Positions 29,801 through 37,571 of a stretch of DNA of 64,000 bases are shown here, piece after piece. This DNA comes from Kiritimatiellia bacterium (lineage in GTDB: Bacteria; Verrucomicrobiota; Kiritimatiellia; RFP12; UBA1067), in assembly GCA_017514235.1 (NCBI GenBank), contig JAFWKK010000016.1, positions 2,221-66,220 on the forward strand. Direction: 5' to 3'. Every line of letters begins with the position of its first letter. The first letter of the stretch is position 1. The position numbers and the translations under genes were made by a program. Below the pieces are notes generated by a model, which was not told the DNA's origin, did not search any database, and saw only the letters and a list, made by a program, of their open reading frames with translations.

Positions 29801-30033
29801 CAACGGCATTGACGGGTGGCGGCGCGATCAAGCCGATCGTGCAGCCGGGGCTCAGGCTGTCAGGCGGCGAGACCTTCGTGCTGGGAACATGCCCGGCGGC
29901 CGGCGTCGACACGTCCGGTCTGCAGTCGCATGTGACGCGCAACTGGGAGCTCATGTCCGAAGACGCAGGCGGCGGCAAGGTGCGGTTGCTGCTCAAGTAC
30001 ATGCCTCGCGGGCTGCTCATTTCAATAAGGTAA
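26839..30033 (+). CDS. Large secreted beta-helix/adhesin-like protein with a PATR (autotransporter-associated beta-strand) repeat and a short C-terminal tail motif; no beta-barrel
   Basis: ATGA overlap with the upstream stop. Basic N-terminus plus a hydrophobic signal. LTKTGSGTLIMKDRPATVNVTAGMLKL matches the PATR pattern. Ends in MPRGLLISIR. Confidence 0.8.
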   Translation: MNEAKGKRRMKRKTVFIVAGVFLTMSVSADTYYWRGSNTAWSDWTNIADGGWSLARDSYVAPSHVPGTDAGDTLWPFGVQSQNYIGNFNLGGGSYTVAGYSSEGNVPANWQLYQLQITNGTLTVSSFQKPFKTGSTSDRAPVAWRYDVWNGATFNFNTVLGGFDRAYGASGLYEYWYVMSGGRMNLPGPLVPCALDVTVNSGGVLNVADGTFRVNNNSHRDYPNKITNFGTLLLPNGFEWVAGDPWSPTANNSKAMIVTQSAGETRMGGDFKKTGLESHNYTVMMKFVLQGGTLTVEENKSVSFISHTDRNSGYTKSEEVFAEMPASASATVQTLAGSVLDMSLFTYGNGAALTKTGSGTLIMKDRPATVNVTAGMLKLTNSVADLSGVSLSSGTTLEFAQAGNVAAVAPTGYASAVFALDNSGGAFTDGANVISSNDADFLAAVATSLNAGGTVPAGLAAIVSGGAVKVMTPPSHTFTSDGELDLGDASGWNMPGYVGTNVFVSGASTVALISPATPAFDSITLSDGATLKVSGDGIELPKITLLTPSTLLVPGGSSAVMTNGFTAAGDVSGLPVVKVETNGVLTVARGTKFKNCAVKLYGEIGVPPVYGDVKLADDQGIQFGYAAAGETTYFAMESIGGNINVSGNTTVDRQKELTFAWADNGGRVLTYGDILLKDTTFKTPQGAWHYIGKMIGGYNPDDSGIRVVLDNTVLPLRRFNWFNSGTVVCRNGGRLERQDYHAGTDCRLTVDRYTRIECEGEGSGLFLPYANVWRPFYYDIWLDGGVDQFTFRDGAVMAAHYYWGGNHSVLVFSNGVYQVGTLPFVSSDRNPNPPNGDPHNWMTNAFTGAHSVRIERGGKLFFQSASVLSGTEWDRYMTLADKPIKGEGDFVMTNGVPGRGFSATVVCNRNTSTGSISVAPSADPTTLFFNDGANWAGTVVAGNIALTNLTAAASPSTVSFKTLDLCGIFPIRIMDNGGIHTNDVVNISTALTGGGAIKPIVQPGLRLSGGETFVLGTCPAAGVDTSGLQSHVTRNWELMSEDAGGGKVRLLLKYMPRGLLISIR
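30001..30030 (+). other. Extreme C-terminal tail motif MPRGLLISIR-stop
   Basis: Same motif as above. Encoded with AT-rich codons (TCA ATA AGG TAA). Confidence 0.6.
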
Positions 30034-30058
30034 CCCTAAAAGCAAGGAGGAAAATAAA

Positions 30059-30922
30059 ATGACACACAAGGAACGGAAAGAGGAAGTGCGCGAGATTCTC
30101 GCGCTGGATACGGATGAACTCGTGAAGCGCGCGAAGGGACAGCTGGTGCTGTTCCCGACGCTTGACGAAGTGTACGACTATCTCGCAGAAGAGATGGTGA
30201 AGGAGTTCGCCAAGGCGGCGAAGGGCAAGAAGATAGTGAACTTTATCATGCCTGTCGGCCCCACGCAGCCATACCGCCTGATGGCCGAGAAGATCAACTA
30301 CCGCCAGCTGAACCTGAAGAACGTCCGCTTCTTCTTTATGGACGAGTATGTCGACGACGAGAAGGACGAGCTTATCCCGAAGACTAGCCCGCTTTCGTTC
30401 CGCGGGCAGATCGGCCCGTTGCTCTTCAACCGCATCCGCCCGGACCTGATGATGCCGAAGGACCAGATAATCTTCCCGACACCGAAGAACGTCAAGGACC
30501 TCCCGAAGATGATAAAGGACGCCGGAGGCATCGAGGTGTGCTACGGCGGCATAGGCATCCACGGGCATGTCGCGTTCAACGAGCCGGCGCCGGGCGTGGC
30601 GGAGTCTAACCCGCGCATACTTGAGATCAACGAGTTCACGCGGACGATCGACTCTACGCGTCATTGCGGCGTCGGCGGCAATCTTGAGAACTTCCCGCGC
30701 CGCGCGATCACGATGGGCATGAAACAGTGTCTTGAAGCGCGCAAGATGCTCCTCATGACGCGCAACGAGACGACGGCGTACCTCTGGGCGAACACGATTC
30801 TCAGGATTGCCGCGCTCGGCAAGCCGGGCGACGACTATCCCGTCACCCACGCGCGCTACCACAAGAACCTGCGCATCGTCTCGGACTACGGCACGGCCCA
30901 GAAGCCCAGATTCAACATCTGA
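30059..30922 (+). CDS. nagB: Glucosamine-6-phosphate deaminase/isomerase family protein (NagB-like)
   Basis: AAGGAGG Shine-Dalgarno upstream. FFFMDEYV and GGIGIHGHVAFNEPAPG motifs. Confidence 0.78.
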   Translation: MTHKERKEEVREILALDTDELVKRAKGQLVLFPTLDEVYDYLAEEMVKEFAKAAKGKKIVNFIMPVGPTQPYRLMAEKINYRQLNLKNVRFFFMDEYVDDEKDELIPKTSPLSFRGQIGPLLFNRIRPDLMMPKDQIIFPTPKNVKDLPKMIKDAGGIEVCYGGIGIHGHVAFNEPAPGVAESNPRILEINEFTRTIDSTRHCGVGGNLENFPRRAITMGMKQCLEARKMLLMTRNETTAYLWANTILRIAALGKPGDDYPVTHARYHKNLRIVSDYGTAQKPRFNI

Positions 30923-30936
30923 CGGATTGCTGCCAG

Positions 30937-33141
30937 ATGTCGGGATTGCTTGCAGCATTTCTGTGCGCTGTCGGAATGCCGTCCTTGGCGTTTGACGAGG
31001 GCGGCTTTTCCATCGACTTCGCCGCTGCTTCGGCCCGGCGTTTCGCCAATGGCGCGAAGTTCACGGAACGGTCGGGCTATCCCGTGTCGGTGACGAACCG
31101 TCCGTTCGGATACATCGACAACCGCTTCGCGATTTCCGAAGGGCAGTGCGGAGTCGTGTCTTTCGGCTGGCGACGCGACAGCGCCTATCCGTGCAAAGTC
31201 CATACCAAAGACTTCCACTTCGAAATCGGCATTCCGCGCGGCTATCGCCTGCTGGGAACGACCTTTGGAGACGTCGCGTCGCGCAGAACGGATACGTCGC
31301 CTGACGGGTCGGCCGTCGTCCGCTGCAGGATCCGCGACGGACTCGAGCCGAGCTCGTGGATGAACAACCAGTCGCCATGCAATGTGCTTGTCGCGCCGAA
31401 TGACGGAGCGGGGACGGGGAACCTGACGTTCCGGGTCGTAGACCCGCGCGGAACCCCGCTTTCCAATCTTGCGTCCGTCGAGCTTTACTTAGTGCCGCCG
31501 GTGAAGGCGAAGGCGGTTCCGAAGCGTTTCCGCAACGGCATGGACGCCTCGTTGCACATATATTTCCGCGAGGCGTCAGCCTATGAGGAGCTAGCCAGAC
31601 TGTTCGGGGACATCGGCGCGAGGTGGCTGGTGCAGGACATTCGCAATGGGGCGTTCATTCCTTATTGGCGCAAGCATGCGGGAGGCCCTGTCACGCCGAT
31701 GTGGGAAAAAGTCATCGAGAACGGTTTCCGCGTCGGCCGTCCCGAAACCTTGCCTGCCTCGGAGCATTTCGTATGCGACCCGAAAAGTCCGCGCGTAACC
31801 CGTAAGGAGGGGCGTGCGAAGTACCTCTCAGACTCGACGTGCCCGACGACAGTCTACCGCGAAAGCGAGCATTTCAGGACCGTGACGATGGCCGAACTGG
31901 ACAGGCTTCTTGCCGGGGCGGACGGACTGTGGGGCAATTGGGAGCCGTCGATGTTCTACAAGAACGGCTGCTGGTGCGAACGTTGCCGCGACGAGTTCAC
32001 ATCATGGTCAATGCTGCCGGCGGACGAAGTGAAAAGGGAATGGCCGAAGCTTATCCAGGAAGGGGGACGTCTTGAAAGGCTGGGGTTGAAGTTCCATTCG
32101 TGGCAGCACGCTAACGTCGTGAGGACGCTTGACCGTTACGTCCGCAAGGCAACGGGCGGCGAGAAGTCCTGCGGATTCATTCCAGGCGTCGCTGCGGTGG
32201 AGATGTCCGATTACTGGCTGCGGACCGGATACCCGCAGGCAATGCTGCAGATCGACTATTCAGGCGACGTCAGGTGGATGAACCCGTGGGGGCCGTATGT
32301 GCGCTGGGAGTCGGAACACCCGTACGTGCATGAGCGCCGGGCCTCGCTGATCTACTGGGTTTACGCGCAGGACGTCAAAAGGACCGTGGCGATCGACCAT
32401 CGGGACGGGCGCATTCCGAAGCTGCTTTCGTATCCGCAGGGTGGCCAGTGCGGAACGTGGGTGACGCAGCCAGAGCAGATCGGCCTTGCGCTCGACTCGT
32501 TCCTGCTAAACGGCTGGGACGCCAATTGCGTCTATTATTTTCCGAACGGATACGATGCCCGTTACTTGAAGGCATTCGCCGAAGCCAACGAGCGCGCAGC
32601 CGTTGCGGAGGATTTCGTCTTGGACGGGACACCTGCGGACGACCGCGTTTTGGTCTCTCCGGTTGCGGAGTATGCCGTGCCGGTCAGGACAGTGACGGCA
32701 TGGCTGCCGGCTTACACTAACGTATCGCTCTTGCAGTCCAAGGCGTTCGACTTGAAGGGCAGCCGGCTGGTTGCAGTTCTTAACTTCTGGGATGCGGGGA
32801 TGGCGTTTGCCAGTCTGAAATGCAGCGGTCTTGCCGCAGGGGAGTATTCCGTGGTTTCGGGTGACATGGCCTGGGTCAAGGACCTCGAGCGTCCTTATTG
32901 GACGGCCGAAGAGCTGGCGAACGGGATTCGCGTTGCGGTCGGCGCGGCGAGATCGTCGTTCTTCGTGGTCCGTCCGCGGGGGACGCGCGTGCCGAGGGGA
33001 TTGGCCAGGCTTGTGACGAGCGACGCAATTGACGCGCTTTACGCGCAGCGCCGTGCCGCGCTCAGAGACGCGGCGGAACGCGATGCGGAAGAAGAGCGCC
33101 GCCTGCCGCCGCCGAAAATGGATTGGATGGGCCTTAACTGA
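30937..33141 (+). CDS. Hypothetical secreted protein (734 aa) with a CxCxxC motif
   Basis: Signal-like N-terminus MSGLLAAFLCAVGMPSLA. WGNWEPSMFYKNGCWCERCRDEF. No family recognised. Confidence 0.65.
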   Translation: MSGLLAAFLCAVGMPSLAFDEGGFSIDFAAASARRFANGAKFTERSGYPVSVTNRPFGYIDNRFAISEGQCGVVSFGWRRDSAYPCKVHTKDFHFEIGIPRGYRLLGTTFGDVASRRTDTSPDGSAVVRCRIRDGLEPSSWMNNQSPCNVLVAPNDGAGTGNLTFRVVDPRGTPLSNLASVELYLVPPVKAKAVPKRFRNGMDASLHIYFREASAYEELARLFGDIGARWLVQDIRNGAFIPYWRKHAGGPVTPMWEKVIENGFRVGRPETLPASEHFVCDPKSPRVTRKEGRAKYLSDSTCPTTVYRESEHFRTVTMAELDRLLAGADGLWGNWEPSMFYKNGCWCERCRDEFTSWSMLPADEVKREWPKLIQEGGRLERLGLKFHSWQHANVVRTLDRYVRKATGGEKSCGFIPGVAAVEMSDYWLRTGYPQAMLQIDYSGDVRWMNPWGPYVRWESEHPYVHERRASLIYWVYAQDVKRTVAIDHRDGRIPKLLSYPQGGQCGTWVTQPEQIGLALDSFLLNGWDANCVYYFPNGYDARYLKAFAEANERAAVAEDFVLDGTPADDRVLVSPVAEYAVPVRTVTAWLPAYTNVSLLQSKAFDLKGSRLVAVLNFWDAGMAFASLKCSGLAAGEYSVVSGDMAWVKDLERPYWTAEELANGIRVAVGAARSSFFVVRPRGTRVPRGLARLVTSDAIDALYAQRRAALRDAAERDAEEERRLPPPKMDWMGLN

Positions 33142-33150
33142 AACGGTGAA

Positions 33151-34551
33151 ATGAAACGATTTGATTTCTCTCGACGAGGATTTTTGCGGCTGGGCGTCGC
33201 GGGGGCGGCGATGTCTGCGGCCGACTGGCGACTGTGGGCGGCGGAGGAACGCCTGCCGGCCTACTACGGCGAGCATCTTGCAAAAGTCGCCGAGCGCATG
33301 CGCACGCTGTCGAAGAATTGCGACGACGCATTCTTCTTCATCACAGACCTGCACACGCCTTCAAACAGATGCGTTTCAGGACGGATTCTCGCCAAGTTGA
33401 TCGCCGAGACTGGCGTGAAGAAGGTGCTGTGCGGAGGAGATCTGACGGAAGCGTTCGGCGGCAAGGCGTCCGTCGACCGCACCGTAGCCGATTACCGCGA
33501 GCAATGGGTGGCGACGGTCGAGCGCGCTGGCGGCGAGTTCTATCCGGCGAAGGGCAACCATGATTTCACGATCAAGGACAGCCCGACGGCGCAGAGCGGC
33601 TTTACATACGACGGAAAGTCCGCGCACGACATCCTGATGGACACCGCAGCCGTCAGGGCGAATGCCGTCACGAACCCTGACGATCCTGAGGCATGCTACT
33701 ACTACGTCGACTGCCAGGAATCGCGCATGCGCTATATCGTAGCCGACACGACTGACAGCATAAGAACCGACCGCACCTATTGGGCGGTGCAGTACGGCAT
33801 TGGCGAAAGACAGCTCAGCTGGTTGGCGGAAAAGGCGTTTTCGACAATCCCTTCCGGCTGGGGCGCGCTAGTCATGCACCATATCCCAGTGACGGGAATC
33901 GCAAGCGGCGAGGACGGGAACCTGACTCTGTTCGCGCCGTGGCGGAATCTGCTTGAGGCATATCAGAACCGCAGCAAGGCGTCGGTTGGCGGCAAAGCAT
34001 ACGATTTCTCTTGTGCGCACGGACGGATCATTTGCAGCCTGACCGGACATGAACATGCGGAGAGACAGACGTTTCAGAACGGGCTCTGGCACATCACAGA
34101 ACCGTGCGACGCCGCATACAGCGACTACATCGTAGGCTCCTTGCCGTGGTGCAGGAACCTGCCGACGAAGGAGAAGGGCACGGTTTACGAACAGACGTTT
34201 GACGCCATCCACATTGACAGGCGCAACGATGTCCTGCACTTCACCCGCATAGGCGGCGGCGGAAACCGCATGTTCCATCTTGACTCCCTCCGCGCCAAGG
34301 TCGGCGAGCCGTTGCGACTCGCTGCGGCAAAGTTGAAGGGCGACGTGGCATGGGGATGCTACGACGCAGACAGGGCGACAAAGAAGCGGAATCCGAAGAA
34401 CAGGTACCAGCACTTCTACGGCTACTTCAACGATGTCGCGGATGTTTCGGCAGACGGCATGTTCACTTCAAAGAAGCCAGGCGAGTCGGTCGTTCTTGCA
34501 ACAGCCGCAAACGGCGACAAGGAGTTGTTTGCCGTGAGCACATCGTGTTAA
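33151..34551 (+). CDS. Tat-signal metallophosphoesterase
   Basis: MKRFDFSRRGFLRLGVAGAAMSAA twin-arginine signal. FFFITDLHTP, CGGDL, KGNHDF, MHHIP and TGHEH motifs. Confidence 0.8.
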   Translation: MKRFDFSRRGFLRLGVAGAAMSAADWRLWAAEERLPAYYGEHLAKVAERMRTLSKNCDDAFFFITDLHTPSNRCVSGRILAKLIAETGVKKVLCGGDLTEAFGGKASVDRTVADYREQWVATVERAGGEFYPAKGNHDFTIKDSPTAQSGFTYDGKSAHDILMDTAAVRANAVTNPDDPEACYYYVDCQESRMRYIVADTTDSIRTDRTYWAVQYGIGERQLSWLAEKAFSTIPSGWGALVMHHIPVTGIASGEDGNLTLFAPWRNLLEAYQNRSKASVGGKAYDFSCAHGRIICSLTGHEHAERQTFQNGLWHITEPCDAAYSDYIVGSLPWCRNLPTKEKGTVYEQTFDAIHIDRRNDVLHFTRIGGGGNRMFHLDSLRAKVGEPLRLAAAKLKGDVAWGCYDADRATKKRNPKNRYQHFYGYFNDVADVSADGMFTSKKPGESVVLATAANGDKELFAVSTSC

Positions 34552-34557
34552 TTGCGG

Positions 34558-35736
34558 TCAGGAGGGCGTCCGCTCGCGCCAGTCGGACGGGGTCAGCCCC
34601 GTTGCCGTAGAGAATGCGCGAGACAGGTATTCCAACGTAGAGAAGCCAGTTCGTGCCGCAACCTCCTTGATCGGCAGGGAAGTGTGCGAGAGAAGCTTCT
34701 TCGCCTCTTCAATTCGCGTTTCTGCAATTTGCCTCTGCACAGATGTGGCGATGTTGTCCCTGAAGGTGCGCTCCACGAGCGTGCGCGAGAACCCTACATG
34801 CCTGAATACGTCTGAAGCCGATATGCCCTTGGTGGCGTTAGAACGGATGAATGCGAGTGCATCTGCAAACCATTGTGGCGCATGCGGGTAGATGTTGGTA
34901 GATGCACGTTCGACGATTCCTTTGGGCGGTATGATCACCTGTGGAGGATTTTCTCGTGCATTCTTTTCCGACAGCATTTTTGCAAGCGCAGAGGCTGCGG
35001 CCCGTCCGATGGCAGGGGCGCCGGGGTCTATGCTTGAAAGGCGTGGCGTCGTGAACATGCAGAACATCGGGTCGTCATCCACGCCGAGTATCGCTACGTC
35101 GGACGGGGCCGAGAGTCTTAGCAAATGGCATGCGGCGAGAACGTGCGAAGCCCGAAGGTCATCGCAACAGAACACGCCTATGGGTTTCGGCAGCCGCTTA
35201 AGCCATTTGGAAAGGTCGTCAAAGTCAGGAGGCGATTCGATGTGGTCGCCCAGCAGGAAGTCGCGTCTGAAGCGGTTCTGGGGATGAAACGGCGGACGGT
35301 AGATTGCGGGACGAATCTTGTTCTTCTCAAGAAATGTGGCGAATGCGTTGCGACGCCTGTCCGAGAAGGAAACGCGGCGGTAGCCGCAGAACGCGAAGTT
35401 TGAGAATCGGTGCCGCATCAGATGCTCTGCGGCTAGGCGTCCGATTGCATCGGCATCAGTCTTGACTGTGGCGAACCTCGGCTGTGAGATTGCACAGAGG
35501 CAGTCAACGACAGGACTTTCGCATCGGGCCAGCGCCTTTGCCGTGCGGATGTCGACAACGCGGCAGATCCAGCCGTCGAATCCGTTGGACGCCTTGAACG
35601 CGGCTTGCTGGGGATCGACAAGCACGAGACTCCATTCCGGATGCTGTTCGGCGATCTCGGCAACGCCGCATATGCAGTTGCGTCCATAGGCACTAGACCG
35701 TTCTACGGCGACCGCTATGTTTATCTGTCGCTTCAT
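34558..35736 (-). CDS. XylR-like transcriptional regulator (periplasmic-binding-protein-like sugar sensor domain plus AraC-type HTH)
   Basis: N-terminus MKRQINIAVAVERSSAYGRN... is LacI/PBP1-like. The C-terminus SASDVFRHVGFSRTLVERTFR...IKEVAARTGFSTLEYLSRAFSTATGLTPSDWR is an AraC double HTH. The ATG lies 7 nt after TGTTATAAT on the minus strand. Confidence 0.85.
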   Translation of the reverse strand: MKRQINIAVAVERSSAYGRNCICGVAEIAEQHPEWSLVLVDPQQAAFKASNGFDGWICRVVDIRTAKALARCESPVVDCLCAISQPRFATVKTDADAIGRLAAEHLMRHRFSNFAFCGYRRVSFSDRRRNAFATFLEKNKIRPAIYRPPFHPQNRFRRDFLLGDHIESPPDFDDLSKWLKRLPKPIGVFCCDDLRASHVLAACHLLRLSAPSDVAILGVDDDPMFCMFTTPRLSSIDPGAPAIGRAAASALAKMLSEKNARENPPQVIIPPKGIVERASTNIYPHAPQWFADALAFIRSNATKGISASDVFRHVGFSRTLVERTFRDNIATSVQRQIAETRIEEAKKLLSHTSLPIKEVAARTGFSTLEYLSRAFSTATGLTPSDWRERTPS

Positions 35737-35743
35737 GCTCTGT

Positions 35744-35752
35744 ATTATAACA
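35744..35752 (-). promoter_or_regulatory. Extended -10 box TGTTATAAT on the minus strand (XylR-like regulator; leaderless)
   Basis: The reverse complement reads ATCTGTTATAATACAGAGCATG, with 7 nt between the -10 box and the ATG at 35736. Confidence 0.6.
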
Positions 35753-35762
35753 GATCTCCGTG

Positions 35763-35802
35763 GCGTTTTGTGCAGATGGATTGTAAAAAGTACAGTTGAT
35801 TT
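35763..35802 (+). promoter_or_regulatory. Conserved 40-nt upstream element, copy 2
   Basis: See copy 1. It lies between the divergent regulator promoter and the LamG-protein promoter. Confidence 0.7.
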
Positions 35803-35825
35803 CATGGAGATAGATTAAGTATAAT
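35796..35825 (+). promoter_or_regulatory. Promoter TTGATT-18 nt-TATAAT (LamG protein operon)
   Basis: The -35 is embedded in the conserved element. The leader to ATG 35908 is about 80 nt. Confidence 0.6.
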
Positions 35826-35907
35826 ACCCTGCAGAAGGAAAAACTGTGCACTTGACCACCGATTTCCATAACATCGGCTGCCCAAGCAGGGCGTCAGAAA
35901 GGAAACT

Positions 35908-37560
35908 ATGAAAAGGCCACACGCCTTTACCGTCGCATGTCTGGCAGGTTGTGCTTTTGCAGCCTTTGGAACGGCCTGCGCAGAAACGGTCGCGTGGTAT
36001 CGGTTCGATGATGCGGATCCGGGCACGAAGACTACCGGCGGCATGGCCGTAACAAACTGTGTGGACGCTTCGTATCCTGCCATGCCGCGCACGATTTATA
36101 ACACGACATACCATGACAGCGCGTCCCCGAACCAGAACTATCTACCGACCTTCGCCGAGTCCGCTCCGACAAACTATGTAGTCTATGACCCTGTGAGCGG
36201 ACGGCGTGTCGCAAATCGCGGAGGACTTCACTTCCACACGAACGGAAGCTCTGACCGAAATGGCGGCCTGCTGCGCATCGAGGATAACGCGGCTCTTCGG
36301 GCGATTACGAATTTGACGCTGGAAGCGTTCATCCGTCTGCCTACAGATGTAGCCATTGCGGCAAACTATATGCGCCCGATCATTCTCAAGATGAATGATG
36401 GGTATCAAGGATCGTGGGGACTGCATGTGTTCGAGTCCAACCTCATGCATCGCGCAACGCTTCTTCTCGCTGACAACTCGACGAAGGTCTGTGCGTGGGG
36501 GAACAAGTCGCAGAGCGCGCGGGTGGATGACGGGCGGTGGCACCATATGGCCGTGACGTATGATTTCGGCACTCGGAAGGCGCGTTCCTACGTGGACTAT
36601 GAGTGTATAAACACGTTGGATATTGATGCCAACGCAGTCGGGTTCTATCATCCCGAGAACAGTCCATTGCTGATCGGCGGCAACGACTTGAATAATACGC
36701 GCCGGTTCTGCGGCGACATCGACGAGGTGAGGATTTCGAACGAGGCCTTGCCGCCGGAGAAGTTCCTGCGGTACATCCCGTTGCGCGAGATTGATGCGGA
36801 CACTGCGTTCTACATGCCGTTTGACGATGGCTTGGCGGAGTGGTTCAGCGCGTCGTATCCGCCGCTCAACGCGGCGACGAATGCGCCGGGAGGAGTATTC
36901 TGCTACCGCAATGAAGGGACTCCTGCCGCAGCCCGCGTTTTGGATGTGCCTGGCGACGGCATTCGTGCGGGGCGGCAGTCGATGACAAGATTCGCAGACG
37001 GCGGTGCAATCAATCTTCCGGTTACAGCGGTAGGCGTACACAACGGCACGAGTTTCACGTTGCAGGATCCGAACAAGTCGGTGGCTTCTGGCAGCTATAC
37101 GTTCGAGGCGTTCTTCAAGACGGACCGCCAGGTGACGAAACCGGCGGAATCGACGTATGGCGATTCGTTCTGCATCTTCAATGCGGCTTTCATGAAGGTG
37201 CTCATAAACGGCGGCGCGGGCGGCGATACGCTTTTCCGCCACAAGAGCGTGGATGGCGATACGAGCCTGCAGCTTGGCCCTCGTCTTGACGACGGCGTAT
37301 GGCACCATATCGCCCTTGTGTTCGATGCCGACACGCTGACAATGACCGGCTATGTCGATTACAAGGCTGTCACATCCTCCGCCGTTAAGGCAAAGGATTA
37401 TTCCGGTTCCGGCGATATTCGCTTGAGCGGCGAGAACTCCGGCTATCAGACGTTTGCCGGAAGCTTCGATGAGGTACGCATTACGCGGCGGGCGTTGGAA
37501 ACGAGAGAGTTCCTGACGACACGTCCCATTACTGGGGGTGTAAGGATATTAATCCGTTGA
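35908..37560 (+). CDS. Secreted protein with two LamG (concanavalin-like) domains and a short C-terminal tail motif
   Basis: Signal peptide is present. LTLEAFIRLP...GRWHHMAVTYD...CGDIDEVRISNEALPPEKF, then YTFEAFFKTD...GVWHHIALVFD...FAGSFDEVRITRRAL. Ends in ITGGVRILIR. Confidence 0.85.
   Translation: MKRPHAFTVACLAGCAFAAFGTACAETVAWYRFDDADPGTKTTGGMAVTNCVDASYPAMPRTIYNTTYHDSASPNQNYLPTFAESAPTNYVVYDPVSGRRVANRGGLHFHTNGSSDRNGGLLRIEDNAALRAITNLTLEAFIRLPTDVAIAANYMRPIILKMNDGYQGSWGLHVFESNLMHRATLLLADNSTKVCAWGNKSQSARVDDGRWHHMAVTYDFGTRKARSYVDYECINTLDIDANAVGFYHPENSPLLIGGNDLNNTRRFCGDIDEVRISNEALPPEKFLRYIPLREIDADTAFYMPFDDGLAEWFSASYPPLNAATNAPGGVFCYRNEGTPAAARVLDVPGDGIRAGRQSMTRFADGGAINLPVTAVGVHNGTSFTLQDPNKSVASGSYTFEAFFKTDRQVTKPAESTYGDSFCIFNAAFMKVLINGGAGGDTLFRHKSVDGDTSLQLGPRLDDGVWHHIALVFDADTLTMTGYVDYKAVTSSAVKAKDYSGSGDIRLSGENSGYQTFAGSFDEVRITRRALETREFLTTRPITGGVRILIR
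37528..37557 (+). other. Extreme C-terminal tail motif ITGGVRILIR-stop
   Basis: Same motif as above. Encoded with AT-rich codons (GTA AGG ATA TTA ATC CGT). Confidence 0.6.
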
Positions 37561-37571
37561 CGGTGAGATTA

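Noticed and set aside
26839-30033. Calling this protein a type V autotransporter.
   Set aside because: Only a passenger-type PATR repeat is visible. The C-terminus is a 10-residue tail with no ~250-300 aa beta-barrel translocator.
34552-34557. The convergent genes (Tat phosphoesterase, + strand; regulator, - strand) are separated by only 6 nt, which might hide a bidirectional terminator.
   Set aside because: No hairpin can be drawn in or around the gap. This is simply tight convergent packing.
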